Origin: Zootoca vivipara
Lineage: Eukaryota
Assembly: GCF_963506605.1 (NCBI RefSeq)
Contig: NC_083288.1
Location: 29,450,001 to 29,514,000, forward strand
Direction: 5' to 3'
Length of the DNA stretch: 64,000 bases
The translations under genes were made by a program, and so were the position numbers. Positions within the stretch are counted from its first letter, which is position 1. Every line of letters begins with the position of its first letter. Below the pieces are notes generated by a model, which did no database searches, was not told the DNA's origin, and was given only the letters and a program-made list of their open reading frames with translations. Of this stretch, positions 1 to 10,838 are shown one piece after another.

Positions 1-145
1 TGATGAGAAGATTCCCAAATACAATTGCCAGGTACAATACCAGGAAGAGAGAGAAGTGTAGAATCTGCAGTTCCCGTACAGCTGAAAACTCCAGGAGTAG
101 AAATTCAGGGACAGAGGATTCATTGCCTATCTTTGCATTCATCAT
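1..145 (-). CDS. Olfactory receptor (OR14-like), N-terminal part; continues beyond the left edge
   Basis: Reverse strand from ATG at 145 reads MMNAKIGNESSVPEFLLLEFSAVRELQILHFSLFLVLYLAIVFGNLLI (N-glycosylation sequon NES, EFLLL, TM1 GN motif); polypyrimidine acceptor cttcctgttttcttttAG just upstream (AG at 164-163). Not in the ORF track. Confidence 0.9.
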   Translation of the reverse strand, partial: MMNAKIGNESSVPEFLLLEFSAVRELQILHFSLFLVLYLAIVFGNLLI

Positions 146-389
146 TAAAATGATTGCTGCTTCTAAAAGAAAACAGGAAGACACACACAGATTTAAGTCC
201 TCTTCTGATAACAAATATTTGTTATCTAATACTGATTTGGGTGTGGTTTTTGTGGGATGTAGATTTAAAAGAAAGAAGTGAACAAAATAGTGTAATAATA
301 AATCTTCATCTAAAGGAGAACTTAGCTTTAAACTCCATATAGATAACACACCATTATCTTAAAATAAGTTACTGCTAAGTATTATTTTT

Positions 390-660
390 TTCTTCTGGGA
401 ATTATAGAACTCTACCCAAACAGTATAGAAATTTATTCATGCATGCTACTACAGTGGCAAGAAAGTTATTTGCCCAAAAATGGAAAGAAGAAGAAGAATC
501 GGTGAAGGAAGAATGGATACAAAAACTTATCGACTATGCAGAAATTGCAAAACTTACTGGGAGTGGGGGAGAGAAATCAAGATAACAAACATTTTATTTT
601 AAAAAATGGAAATGCTTTATTGAATATTTATGAACAAATTGTAAACAGGATTATTGTCAT
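390..660 (+). mobile_element. L1-clade LINE ORF2 3' fragment (degraded)
   Basis: Translates to MHATTVARKLFAQKWKEEE..EEWIQKLIDYAEIAKLTG, the same C-terminus as the L1 ORFs at 15704-16240 and 52357-52995. Confidence 0.75.
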
Positions 661-733
661 AAATTGCAGTTTCAATTGTATATAATTAAAGTAGATCAAT
701 GTAGATCAATTTTTTGTGTTAATTTATATTGCA

Positions 734-1855
734 ATGGCCATCACAACTTAGGTCCAGGAGACCTTAACAGCTTGATTCCTAATATCCCTGTTTCATCAGT
801 GAGGTCTTTGAATGAGTCACTGGTAGTGGTTCCACATGACTCAGAAACATAATTCCTACTTCCCAGGAGGCATGCATTCAGTATTCTGGGTCCGATGCTT
901 TGCAACTCCTCACATAGGTTTTTAATCTTTGCTGTAAGTTTTTAACCTTAATGTACACTGTGCACAGACCACAGTCTTATGAATGTACAAATGTATAGGC
1001 TCTTGGAGAGAAGCTTACAGCTGCTTCACTTCTTCCCAGATCTTTTTGCTGTCACAGAATGCTAAACCTAGCAAAGTGCTAAAGCTCTCTCCTCACTCAC
1101 TAGGAGCTTCAATGAATGTTTGTTCTTGGTTGCAGCTCATGGCTGGTGAGGACAGAGGCTAACCAGTAGTCCTGGTTTGGATGATGTGCTCAGTCAAATC
1201 CGGGTATAGTTTAAGATGACAGTAAAAAGGTGCATGATGGAGCAAAGCTACTGTAATCTTCTTTCCAGTCGGTTGAACATTTGTGCAGTCTCACTGAGTT
1301 AAGCTTTGGCTTAGCTTGTCATGGAAACCAGGTCATTTCTATGTGCATAGGTTTCAGGAGAGACCACATAACAAGCAGGATTTCACATTCTACACAATAC
1401 ACAATAGTAGTATTGTTTGTATTTAACCCTCCAAAAACTACACAGTTATCACTAATGTTATAAAACATCTTACTCTTTTCCTTTAAATAAACTTCCAGAT
1501 GCAATTTCTTTATCACTTTAAGATGTTCTGTATTCTTCTAGCCACTCATGGACCTTTTTAAAAAATATAATAATTATAATAAATATAAATAATATAATAA
1601 TAATAATAAGTAAATCAATCACCTGCATTGTCTTCTGTGAAAGTTAACAAGTTTCTCTACTCTTGCAGAATGAAGATTTTACCATGGGGTGGAAATTTAT
1701 TATAATTGTTATAGTTATGTTCCTGGGAGTTTGGTCTCAAGAGCCTCAAACAAATCAGCAATTGTGTTCCTTTGTTGCTTGGACTCAGGAGTCCCACAAA
1801 AAAACAGCAGCAGTGTTTGTTAAGCCTTGGTCCCAGGAGTCCAACACAAATCAAT
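734..1855. repeat. Segmental duplicate block A (paralog of 10839-12145)
   Basis: Colinear similarity, e.g. ccttaacagcttgattcct, ttagcttgt.atggaaaccaggtca, ttccagatgcaatttctt, tggtctcaagagcc in both copies. Confidence 0.9.
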
Positions 1856-1860
1856 CAAAG
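1700..1860. promoter_or_regulatory. Cluster of O/E (EBF)-like sites plus TAATTG; candidate promoter of the minus-strand OR
   Basis: TTCCTGGGAG, TCTCAAGAG, ACTCAGGAGT, TCCCAGGAGT within about 130 bp, largely retained in block A'; about 1.6 kb upstream of the OR start at 145. Function is inferred. Confidence 0.4.
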
Positions 1861-1963
1861 TATGTAAACTTCCACCTTTAAAAAAACATTGCTCATGAAA
1901 ATATTTAAGCTAGAATAAACCACCAACACTTAGATCTCTTTATATTCCTGTTTCTTAAAAAAC

Positions 1964-1966
<3 letters not shown>

Positions 1967-2020
<54 letters not shown>
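1967..2020. repeat. (TA)n microsatellite at the 5' end of the Helitron
   Basis: Direct reading. Confidence 0.97.
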
Positions 2021-2023
<3 letters not shown>

Positions 2024-2965
2024 GAAACTGCGTTCTACACTTTTCTCCGCAACCGCTTGACCGATCGTCCTGAAATTTTGACACAACGATCCAGGCCACT
2101 CCCCGAGCATTGTTGGGGGCAAAAATCCCTCAAATCACACACCTGGGCAGGTACAGACCTGGATTTCCACCAAGTCAAACAGCGTTATACCCTCCTCCAC
2201 CCCTCCCTTCCTGTGAAATCTAAGCCACACCGACAAACCAAATGTCATCATCAACCAAGCAACTGAAACCACCAAGTCAGCCATCATCACAGGCCGCAGC
2301 ACGGCCTCTGTTTTATGTAGGCTCCTGACAGGCCTGGGGGGGGGAATAACCCACAGCAACGCACTTTACTTTACCATTTAGCACCACTACCCCGCCCCAA
2401 AAAAAACCTACCAAAAAACCAACATTGCCAAGTGGAGGTCGGGGCCTGCCGGGGGGGGGGGGCTGGCACAGAGCGCAGCACGGCCTTTGATTTATGTAGG
2501 CCCCTGCACGGCAAGGGGTTTATACTTTACTATTTAGCATCACTACACCCCCCAAATCCACAAGACAAAAATGAATACCATCCTTCAAAACGTCATGAGA
2601 TATGCCGGTCATGGAGGGGGGGGCAAACTGAAAAGATCATGGATCGGGACACGTGGGGGCAGTCACAGGGATTAGCCACAAAAACGTGCCACACCCACAA
2701 ACCCCGCCTCCACCACGAGATCCTGTAAAACAGGAGGCCTTGCAACCACCAAAACAGCTATTCCACCCCAAGCCCAAAGCCTCTCCCGGCGGCTGCATTA
2801 ATAAACGCCTGGCAGCATTAGGCAGTCGTTCATCATTTCTCCTAACACGCACTTGAGGACACAGCGAGGGTTTTTCGTTTTATAATTTAGTGGGCGTTGT
2901 CACATGCGAGGCTCCGGCGGCCATTTTAAGTAAGGGCAGTCGTGCCCCTTTTAACCTAGGCTTTA

Positions 2966-3207
2966 CCGTGCTTCTCCAAAAATAAGACACTGTCTTATAT
3001 TTATTATTCCTAAAATAACCCCACATTGGCTTATTTTCAGGGGATGTCTTATTTTTTATTATGCGTCCAGCCTTGCCTCTTCCTTGGGGCCCTCCAGAAC
3101 TCCGCCTCTCACTATGTCTTAGTTTCGGGGTACGGCTTATATTGCGCAAATGCTTAGAAATCCTGCTATGGCTTATTTTATGGGTATGTCTTATTTTAGG
3201 AGAAACA
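2966..3207 (-). mobile_element. Tc1/mariner(pogo)-type MITE inside the Helitron, one TIR clipped
   Basis: TA|CCGTGCTTCTCCAAAAATAAGAC...GTCTTATTTTAGGAGAAAC; reverse-complement relative of the 11014-11248 MITE. Confidence 0.75.
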
Positions 3208-3689
3208 ACTGATTGAAATCCTCTGTGTCTTTTTTTAAAAACAACAACAACAACCATGCACTTTCTCTACCCAGATATTTGCAGTGGCCACCCCCCACCC
3301 CATTTACAATTCCCTACCTTCCCATTGCCACTTCCTGGGTTTTTTATGGAACTGAACAACTCAAGTGCTTCAGAACGCGCCTTCTGTTGCCAGGCCCTTA
3401 CAGGGCCCAGGCCAGGTAGATAATGTGGCCCTGTTTTTAACCCTTTTGTTACTTTTTCATTTTAAAGATTGTGAATATGCTGACCGAGGCCCCCTTTAGA
3501 TTTGGAGGCCCACGCCAAGTGGCCCATATGACCCCCCTCCTTCTGTCTGGGCCTGTCTGTTGCTACGGGGCTATGGGGCTTCACTATTTGACCCACCCCT
3601 GGTTGGGATTCTTTAAGTAGTTCTCTGGGTCCCAGGGCGCATCATCACCCCCGATAGAAATGTTCATGATGCGTGCGCAGGGGCCAATG

Positions 3690-3975
3690 TATGGAGATAC
3701 AGGGGGGAGGGGACAACAGAGGGCTCAGACAAAAGTAAATACTGTACTTGGAAATGGAACCCAGAAACTGACAGCTCCTTCTCCAAGGCTGGGGGCCAAC
3801 GTAGGAAGATACCGGGGGTAGGGGCCAACACTCTCCAGGGACAACAGAGGGTTCAGACAAAAGTGCATGCTAGGAAATAGAACCCAGAACCCAACAGTTC
3901 CTTTTCTAAGGGTGGGGGCCAAGGTATGGAGATACAGCGGGGAGGGGCCAACACTCCCCAGGGACAACAGAGGGA
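3690..3975. repeat. About 125-bp tandem repeat (about 2.3 units) within the Helitron
   Basis: gggacaacagaggg recurs near 3710, 3838 and 3961, with ggaacccagaa/ggggccaa in each unit. Confidence 0.85.
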
Positions 3976-5235
3976 AGGGTATCCTACGGAAACACAGGCA
4001 TGAGCCGGGGTGGAGGGGGAGGGGCAGGATATGTCATGGATCGGGACAGGGTGGGGTGGGGGATCACAGGAAAGAACCACAGCAACGCGTGGCCGGGTCA
4101 GCTAGTTATTTAATACTATTAATAGTGATGGTGTTCATGCCATATAAGTCTTTCTGGAACCTTCTTGTTTCAACTGGACCTTCTCAGACTCATTTCTGAT
4201 AGTTGTGTGGGGTATAACTAGCTCAGTGTTCCCCACATAATTTCCCCCTACCCACTGTGTTCTCCCATTTAGGATATCTGGAGGTGATGCTGTTATTGCA
4301 TTGTTCATCTGAGGTCAGGCGAGCTTCCCTGCTCTATGGATGTGGCCCTGTAACTTTGTAATGCCAAATAAGGATCTGTTTTGAGTCTCCTCAGCAAATA
4401 TTTTATACAATAATTTTCACTTCACTTTCTGCCAGTCCACTAGTGGGACTTTTTGAAACTAGAAGTAACATGAAAAAAAATTCTCAAGTATCTTTGATGC
4501 AGGGGGGGGGGATAGCTCTCAAGTGTGACTATTTCAGGATACTTTTGATTGAGATAGCACAATGGTTATTTCTCCAAGCACATTATAACTGGATTCCCTG
4601 TAAAAAAATTTAAGCTAGAACAAATCATAGACACTTACATTGGCAAATATGTGAAACTATTTATTCACAGTGTTTCAAACCTTACAGCAAGCAAGTCTCG
4701 ATCCATCGGCAGTACAAAAAATAAAGAAGTAAAAGTGTTCTCAAAAATTGACTCGAAAAGAATAGAACTTCATTTCCTTGGAAAAAGGAACATGCAATAT
4801 TTTTGTTAGCAAAGACGTATACTGTAAAGATTCAGGTCTTTTACAGCTGAGAGCCATACTGCAGCTTTAGCCTGTTCCGGGAAGCAGCACCTAGAGAGAA
4901 ACAAGAGGGAAGGGGCAATAGCAGCTAGGAGCCTGCTAACTCCAACCATACTTGCAACTTGATCTCAGGGCTCAGGTTAAACCTTTCATGCACACAAGTG
5001 TAAATCAGTAGCTGTATATCATAGTAAATTTGAGTAAGCATAGCTGACTAACACAGGCGTCGGCAACGTTTTCCGGCCATGGGCCGGATCATTCCCATGG
5101 ACGATTGTCCATGGGCTGGACATACGAAGAAGCAATTTCCAGTGCCATGCTGCCCATGTCCGGGGCTCCGGAAGTTGCTTCTGTGCATGTCCAGAAGCCG
5201 AAAATTGTGTCTGGGCATGTGCAGAAGCGATTTCC

Positions 5236-8200
5236 AGCAACCCCTTTGCCAAAAAAAATCGGTTATCAAAACGGCATGGGCCGACTTAGAGGCTTTTTTA
5301 GAACCCCTTGAGTCCTCTCATCCAACTGTGCCTATTGTAATTGGAGGAGACTTCAATGCTCGAATGGGACCAGATGACGTTCCAAGTGGGTCACAACATC
5401 GAGAGTGACCATCTTCCTTTAATCTTAGTGCTTGATGGCCAGCCTTTTGGGAATCATACTCCCAAACTACAATATATCCCCACAGTGAATTTGGGTACTC
5501 CGGCCCCCAAAAGAATTAAATGGTCCCCTAAGCTGAACACAGATTTAAGCCTTCTTCTTCACTCAGTGGACCTGAGGAACATACACTCCGCCATTGTCTC
5601 GGCCAACTCAGCGCCAAAGGCCCTAGAGCTTTTTAAAATACTCTCAGACAAGCTGAAAATACATCTATCATCTGAGACACAGAACTCAGCCACTAGAAGG
5701 GACACAGACCGAGCAAGCTGGTTTGATGCAGAGTGTAAACAAACGAGGAAGCTTGTGAGAATGACTTACCGTAAATATAGGAATACGGGGGCTTCCTCCT
5801 ATTTTTCCGCATTCATATCCGTCAGACGGAACTACAAACAGCTATTAAAGATGAGAAAAACTAAATGCAGATTGAATTGCATGGCAAAGCCTAGTTAAGG
5901 CCTCTCATGAGAAAGACCCATCATGCTTTTGATGCACAATTTCCTGCTTAATGAATCAGGAGTGTAATGGTCCCATCTGCACTGTAGAACCTCACGCGTG
6001 GGCCCGATATTTCCAATCACTATTCCATGACGAGGAAGCCAAGACTAACATGCTAAGTGTTCAACTTGAGGCTCTACCGCAATGGCCACCAGTATCTAAA
6101 GAGGAGATTGAGAACCTGATCGCTCAGCTAAGGAATAACAAGGCCCCTGGCATTGACTATATCCCAGCAGAATTCTTGAAGACCAATGCCAGGTGGTGGG
6201 CTCCACTGCTGGCGAAACTCTTCTTTCTCATTGACTCTACAGGTCTTTTCCCCAAAGGATGGGCAGAGGCGATAATCATCCCAATATACAAAAACGGTCC
6301 CACATCGAACCTAGCAAGTTATAGACCAATCAGCCTTCTCCCTATTCCCAGCAAACTATACACAAAACATATTTCCTTCAAACTAAGCAGCTGGATGGAA
6401 GAGGAGGCTAATTTGGCCAAGGAGCAAGCGGGCTTCAGGCAGGGCAGAACTACTATAGACCACTGCTTTGTCCTGGCCCACCTCACGGGGTTTATATGCA
6501 GCCTTTATAGATCTCAAGGCTGCTTTCGACTCTATTTCCCGAGTCAGACTCTGGGCCAAATTGAACACTTCCACTATAGATAAAAGACTACTTTTCTTGA
6601 TCAATGGCCTATATAAAGAAACCACGTTGTATGTTAGATCTTCCACAAATGGCCATCTCACAGGGCCTATATGCGCCGCTAGAGGAGTTAAGCAAGGATG
6701 TATTCTGGCCCCAGCCTTATTCAATCTATACATCAACGATATGGTCAAAATCTTAACAGCGCCGGAATTCCATGCCCCCAGGTTGGCTACCAAACCAATT
6801 TCAGTTCTTCTATATGCTGACATGGGCGTACCCAGGATCAAAACTAGGGGGGGCAAGGGGAGGGGCCAAGGCACGGAAGGGGAGGGGCCACAAAGTGGGC
6901 GGGAACAGCGAACTCGCGCTCCGCCGGGCTGTGCCCCTCCCTAGCAGCCGGGCTGGTGGGCGGAGGCGGAGCCCAGCCCAGCGGAGCGCGAGTTCAGCGT
7001 TCCTGCCCGCCGCGCCACGCTCTCTGGTTCCCCGCCGCGCTTGGCCTTGCCAGAGGGCGCGACGGGGAGCTGGAGGGAGGGCGCAGCGCGGCGGGCGAGA
7101 ACGGCGAACTCGCGCTCCGCCGGGCTGTGCCCCTCCCTAGCAGCAGGGCTGGTGGGCGGAGGCGGAGCCCAGCCCAGCGGAGCGCGAGTTCAGCGTTCCC
7201 GCCCGCCGCGCCGCGCTCTCTGGTTCCCCGCCGCGCTTGGCCTTGCCTGAGGGCGCGCCGGGGAGCTGGAGGGAGGGTGCGGCGCGGTGCGGCGGGAATG
7301 GCGAACTCGCGCTCCGCCGGGCTGTGCTCCGCCTCTGCCCACCAGCTCTGCTTCTAGAGTAGGGCAGCTGCCCTAACTTGCCGCATGGTGGGTACGCCCT
7401 TGTATGCTGACGATGCAGTCCTCCTGTCCAGAACAAAAATAGGCCTCAAAAGGCTGCTAGGAGAATTCTCAGGATATTGCAAGAGAGAGCAGTTGGTGGT
7501 AAACCATCAGAAAACCAAAGTTTTGGTCTTCACAAGGAAACACAGATTACATAGATGGAGCATGGACAATCACCTAATTGAGCAAGTTAAAGCTTTTAAA
7601 TATCTGGGCATAGTCTTTCAGGCATCAGGACTCTGAGATGTACACCAAAAATGGGTCAAAGAAAAAGCCCAAAGCGTAAAGATGTTATCCCGCTTTTTTT
7701 ACATGAAGGGCCGCAAATACATTCCAGCAGCCCTCAAAGTCTTTCAAGCCAAACCGCTGGCCCAGATACTCTATAGGGCCCAAATTTGGATGGGCAATCA
7801 CTGCAGAATTCTCGAAACTCTTAAGACAGATTTTTGCAGTTCCACCATGTGTTCCAAATGCTGCCTTATGCCTGGAAGCAAGCCTGCCCTCTGTAGAAAC
7901 CCAATCCTGGCAAAGAACACTGAATTACTGGCTCCGCTTAAATTTAAATCCGCCTGGCCTACTGCCTCTAATGCTACAGGACTCTCATTAAAGTGCGTGG
8001 TCCAAACTAGTCCTGCAGACTCCATCCACAACAGCTCCTTATGATGGGCCATACCAATGCAAAAAGGCTAAATGGACAGCACCTAAAGACCTGGAGCAAC
8101 AGAACAACCTGGCCATCATAAAGAAATCCTGCCCTTGGTTTGCCTTCTTTTCCCCCTCCCAGCTGGAGCCCCTGTCACGCTATCTGTATAAATTAACCAT

Positions 8201-8605
8201 CTCAAAATTCAAACGTGCTTTTACACTAGCCAGATTGGATGTGCTGCCCTCCGCCGTACTCGATGGCAGATTTCAAAAGATTCCAGCGAAAAAACGACTC
8301 TGTCCCTGTGAATCGGCAACACAGAAACAGTGGCTCACATCCTTCTGTCATGTCCCCTCTACAAAGACTTGTGGCTTGATCTCATTACACCCCTACTTCT
8401 AACTATCCCAGGCTGCCCAACTTATCAGATCAAAATGACCTGAGAACAACAAAAGTTGCCAGATTCATCGAGGGTGCACTGAGACTAAGGGCTACCTTTT
8501 AAACGATAATCATAGTCATATATTCTTTTATTCATGTTGTTTTTAATTCTGTTTTGGGTGTATTCTGTTGCTATGGCTGTTGGCTATGCAAATAAAGTTT
8601 ATTGA
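5236..8605 (+). mobile_element. 5'-truncated, frameshifted non-LTR retrotransposon (RTE-X-like; clade tentative)
   Basis: APE motifs GGDFNA and SDH; RT motifs KAPGID, YRPISLL, QAGFR, FIDLKAAFDS, GVKQGC.LAP.LF, YADD; C-terminal RLCPC..H.L..CP.Y; aataaa tail; flanked by a 61-bp direct repeat (5175-5235 = 8606-8666). Confidence 0.9.
6821..7402. mobile_element. GC-rich non-autonomous hAT element inserted in the YADD motif of the LINE
   Basis: 14-bp TIR CATGGGCGTACCCA/TGGGTACGCCCTTG (1 mismatch), perfect 8-bp TSD TATGCTGA (6813-6820, 7403-7410); internal 196-bp tandem units, each with an inverted repeat. Confidence 0.93.
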
Positions 8606-9399
8606 TTGCTTCTGTGCATGTCCAGAAGCCGAAAATTGTGTCTGGGCATGTGCAGAAGCGATTTCCGGCACCACTCAGCGAGTCCCTGCACTGTGCTGCG
8701 CCGGTTTAGCACAGCGCGCGAGGGACTTACTGAGCAGGTGGCTCGGTGACCGAGCGGCTCATTGCTCAGATAAACGGCCTCTGTGGGCCGCATCCAGCCC
8801 ATAGGCCGGACGTTGCCGACCTATTGACTAGGAAGTAGTCACATCCCCAGCATGTAAACAAATCTGTTCCTAGTTTGGACCAAAATTCTACTGTTGCTTT
8901 CTAAATACCCATTGATACTTTATGTCATCCAGCGTGATATATTTGACTTATAGGGTAGCCTCTAACCTTTTAATCTATACCCCCATTCACTTGAGGCCAG
9001 TGTAAAATTTATCTGACTTTTTTCTTGCATTTCTCTATCTCAGTATGCTCTGTACTTTGTAAGTATCTGTGCCTACTGTGTTTTGGGTACTGCAAAGAGT
9101 GTCTCCTTTAACACAATTCCATTAACTACCATGAACTCTACTGTATAATGATTGTATGAATTTGACGTTCTGTGTGCTAAGATGTGTCAAGAGGTTGCCT
9201 GTATGATCACCTGAAGGGTGTCATCTTTACCCTCTCTCAGTTCAGTCCATACACTGGTAAGTTTTTAAATAGTCATTTGACTTGACATATGCCATCTCAC
9301 AGACAATCTCTCAACTGTCTGTCAGCACGCCTCCTCCTACATGGCCTTCAATTCCATGACCCCTGCCTGTATATCTAGGTGTGGGCATCAACTATTTCT

Positions 9400-9775
9400 C
9401 TCTCTCTAATTTGTATTGGTTTTTGCACATGTTTTCGAAATATAACATCCCATTTTATACAATATAACAAGCCTTTGGCTATCACAGCCTACGAATTCCG
9501 TCAGCCTCGACAAATGGTTTTCTAACTTTCTTTCTGATTCTGCATTTTATTTTAATAGTTCTTGCTATGAAATCCAAATCCTAAACAAACTATTTCTTAG
9601 TCCCTTTTTTCAATAATTAATGTAATTCTCCTTACAAAACTTCTTGCAACCCTACAAGCGATGTCAATTGATTGCAATTGTCTTTCAAATATATCATAAA
9701 TTTGTTCCAATCTTTCAGGAAAGTCTGGTCTTGCTGCTTCAGAATTTTCCCAGTTAATTTTGCCAACTTGGCAAC
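9400..9775 (-). mobile_element. L1 3' end fragment
   Basis: AKLAKLTGKI...KDWNKFMIYL C-terminus plus A-rich 3' UTR on -. Confidence 0.7.
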
Positions 9776-10590
9776 CCCTGAGTGGAATAATGACTCAATA
9801 CAACTTGCTATGGGATTAAAATTGGCCACAACTTTATTCAGATTCAGATGTAGGAAGACCTTGGTTCAGGCATTGGGCATTTATCCTTCCCAGTCCCCAG
9901 CCGGGGATCTGGGAGACTTCAGGGTTATCCAGAATGTGTGGGGATTGGGCTGGCTGTGGAGAACATATTGGGCTGGCTCAAGCAGAGAGCCCACTCCCCA
10001 TTCGCCGCCGCTGGAGGGGAGAGCAATGACAACCTCTCGGCGTATGGCCTGCCTCCCCTCAAGACCCCTTTAATGGGGAACCCTGTTATCACTGCCGCAA
10101 AGGGGGTGTGTGGGTCACCGCTTCACGCCCCCCCCCCATTTAGGAAGGTAGACTAAGGATTCTGCCCAAGGCCTGAAACCGCCAAAGTTGTGACGTTTTG
10201 CTACAGGAAAGGCGAAACCTGCCAATTAAGGAAAATTCCTTTCTGGCCCTTCAACAGCGGCCTTGACATAACAGCGCCTGTGTACCTGTGGAGAAGAGGT
10301 TAATCTGCAAAAGAAGACTTAATTGAGGGAGTGGAGGGTGGGAGAAGCTCTGGAGCTGACTGACGCTTCCCAGGTAAGCTACACCTTCTGTTGTGTGGTC
10401 AGGGCAGTCCCTCCCCTTACCTGGCCAGTCCCCTGGCAACGTCTCCCCAGGAAGGATTGGGCGATTGACTGAGGTAGGCGGAGACCCCAGGTATCCTGCC
10501 TGGGGAGGGTGAAGCCAGTCCTGAACTACCAGGAGCCGCACTGGGACTCCTGTGTACGACCACTCAAAAGTCGCCCCCCATTTGATGTGG
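9775..10590 (-). mobile_element. DIRS/Ngaro-like retroelement terminal remnant
   Basis: aataaagttgtggccaattttaatccc on -; shares ggcattgg, aaccgcc and ttgtgacg.tttgctaca motifs with 14462-15286 and partly with 20330-20800. Family assignment is from recall only. Confidence 0.45.
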
Positions 10591-10594
10591 GGAG

Positions 10595-10790
10595 CAGTCA
10601 TTACTTTCTTACATTCCCACCACATATGGTAAAAAGTACCTTCTTTTTCCTTAAATTTCCTTACATTTCCAGTATTTGTTATTTGTTTTGTACATTTTAG
10701 CTAATTTCACTGGTGTTATATACCATCTGTACATCATTTTCATTATATTTTCCTTTAAAGCACTGCAGGCTTATACAATGCCCATATAAT
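10595..10790 (-). mobile_element. L1 ORF2 fragment (zinc-knuckle region)
   Basis: GTFYHMWWECKKV on -. Confidence 0.7.
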
Positions 10791-10838
10791 GCAGACTCAA
10801 ATTCATTTTTGTGTGTGTGTGTGTTAATTTCCAGTGCA

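Larger units (their letters stand above)
1967..4105 (+). mobile_element. Non-autonomous composite Helitron (about 2.1 kb)
   Basis: 3' end CCACAGCAACGCGTGG hairpin + ccgggtcagCTAG|T (CTAG 4102-4105); 5' (TA)n followed by aaccgcttgaccgatcgtcctgaaattttgacac, typical of Helitron 5' regions; no TIR/TSD; internal repeats. The 5' TC is obscured by the TA run. Confidence 0.75.
5054..8826. mobile_element. hAT-like MITE split by a LINE insertion (arms 5054-5235 and 8606-8826)
   Basis: TIRs CAGGCGTCGGCAACG...CGTTGCCGAC; degenerate 8-bp TSD gactaaca/gactagga. Confidence 0.7.

Noticed and set aside
3690-3975. Repeat-spacer pattern reminiscent of CRISPR
   Set aside because: Whole units are homologous (no unique spacers); tandem repeat inside a Helitron in a eukaryote
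6383-7436. Several overlapping Arg/Gly/Pro-rich ORFs of 100-160 aa
   Set aside because: By-products of the GC-rich repetitive hAT insert and the LINE antisense strand; no domain signal
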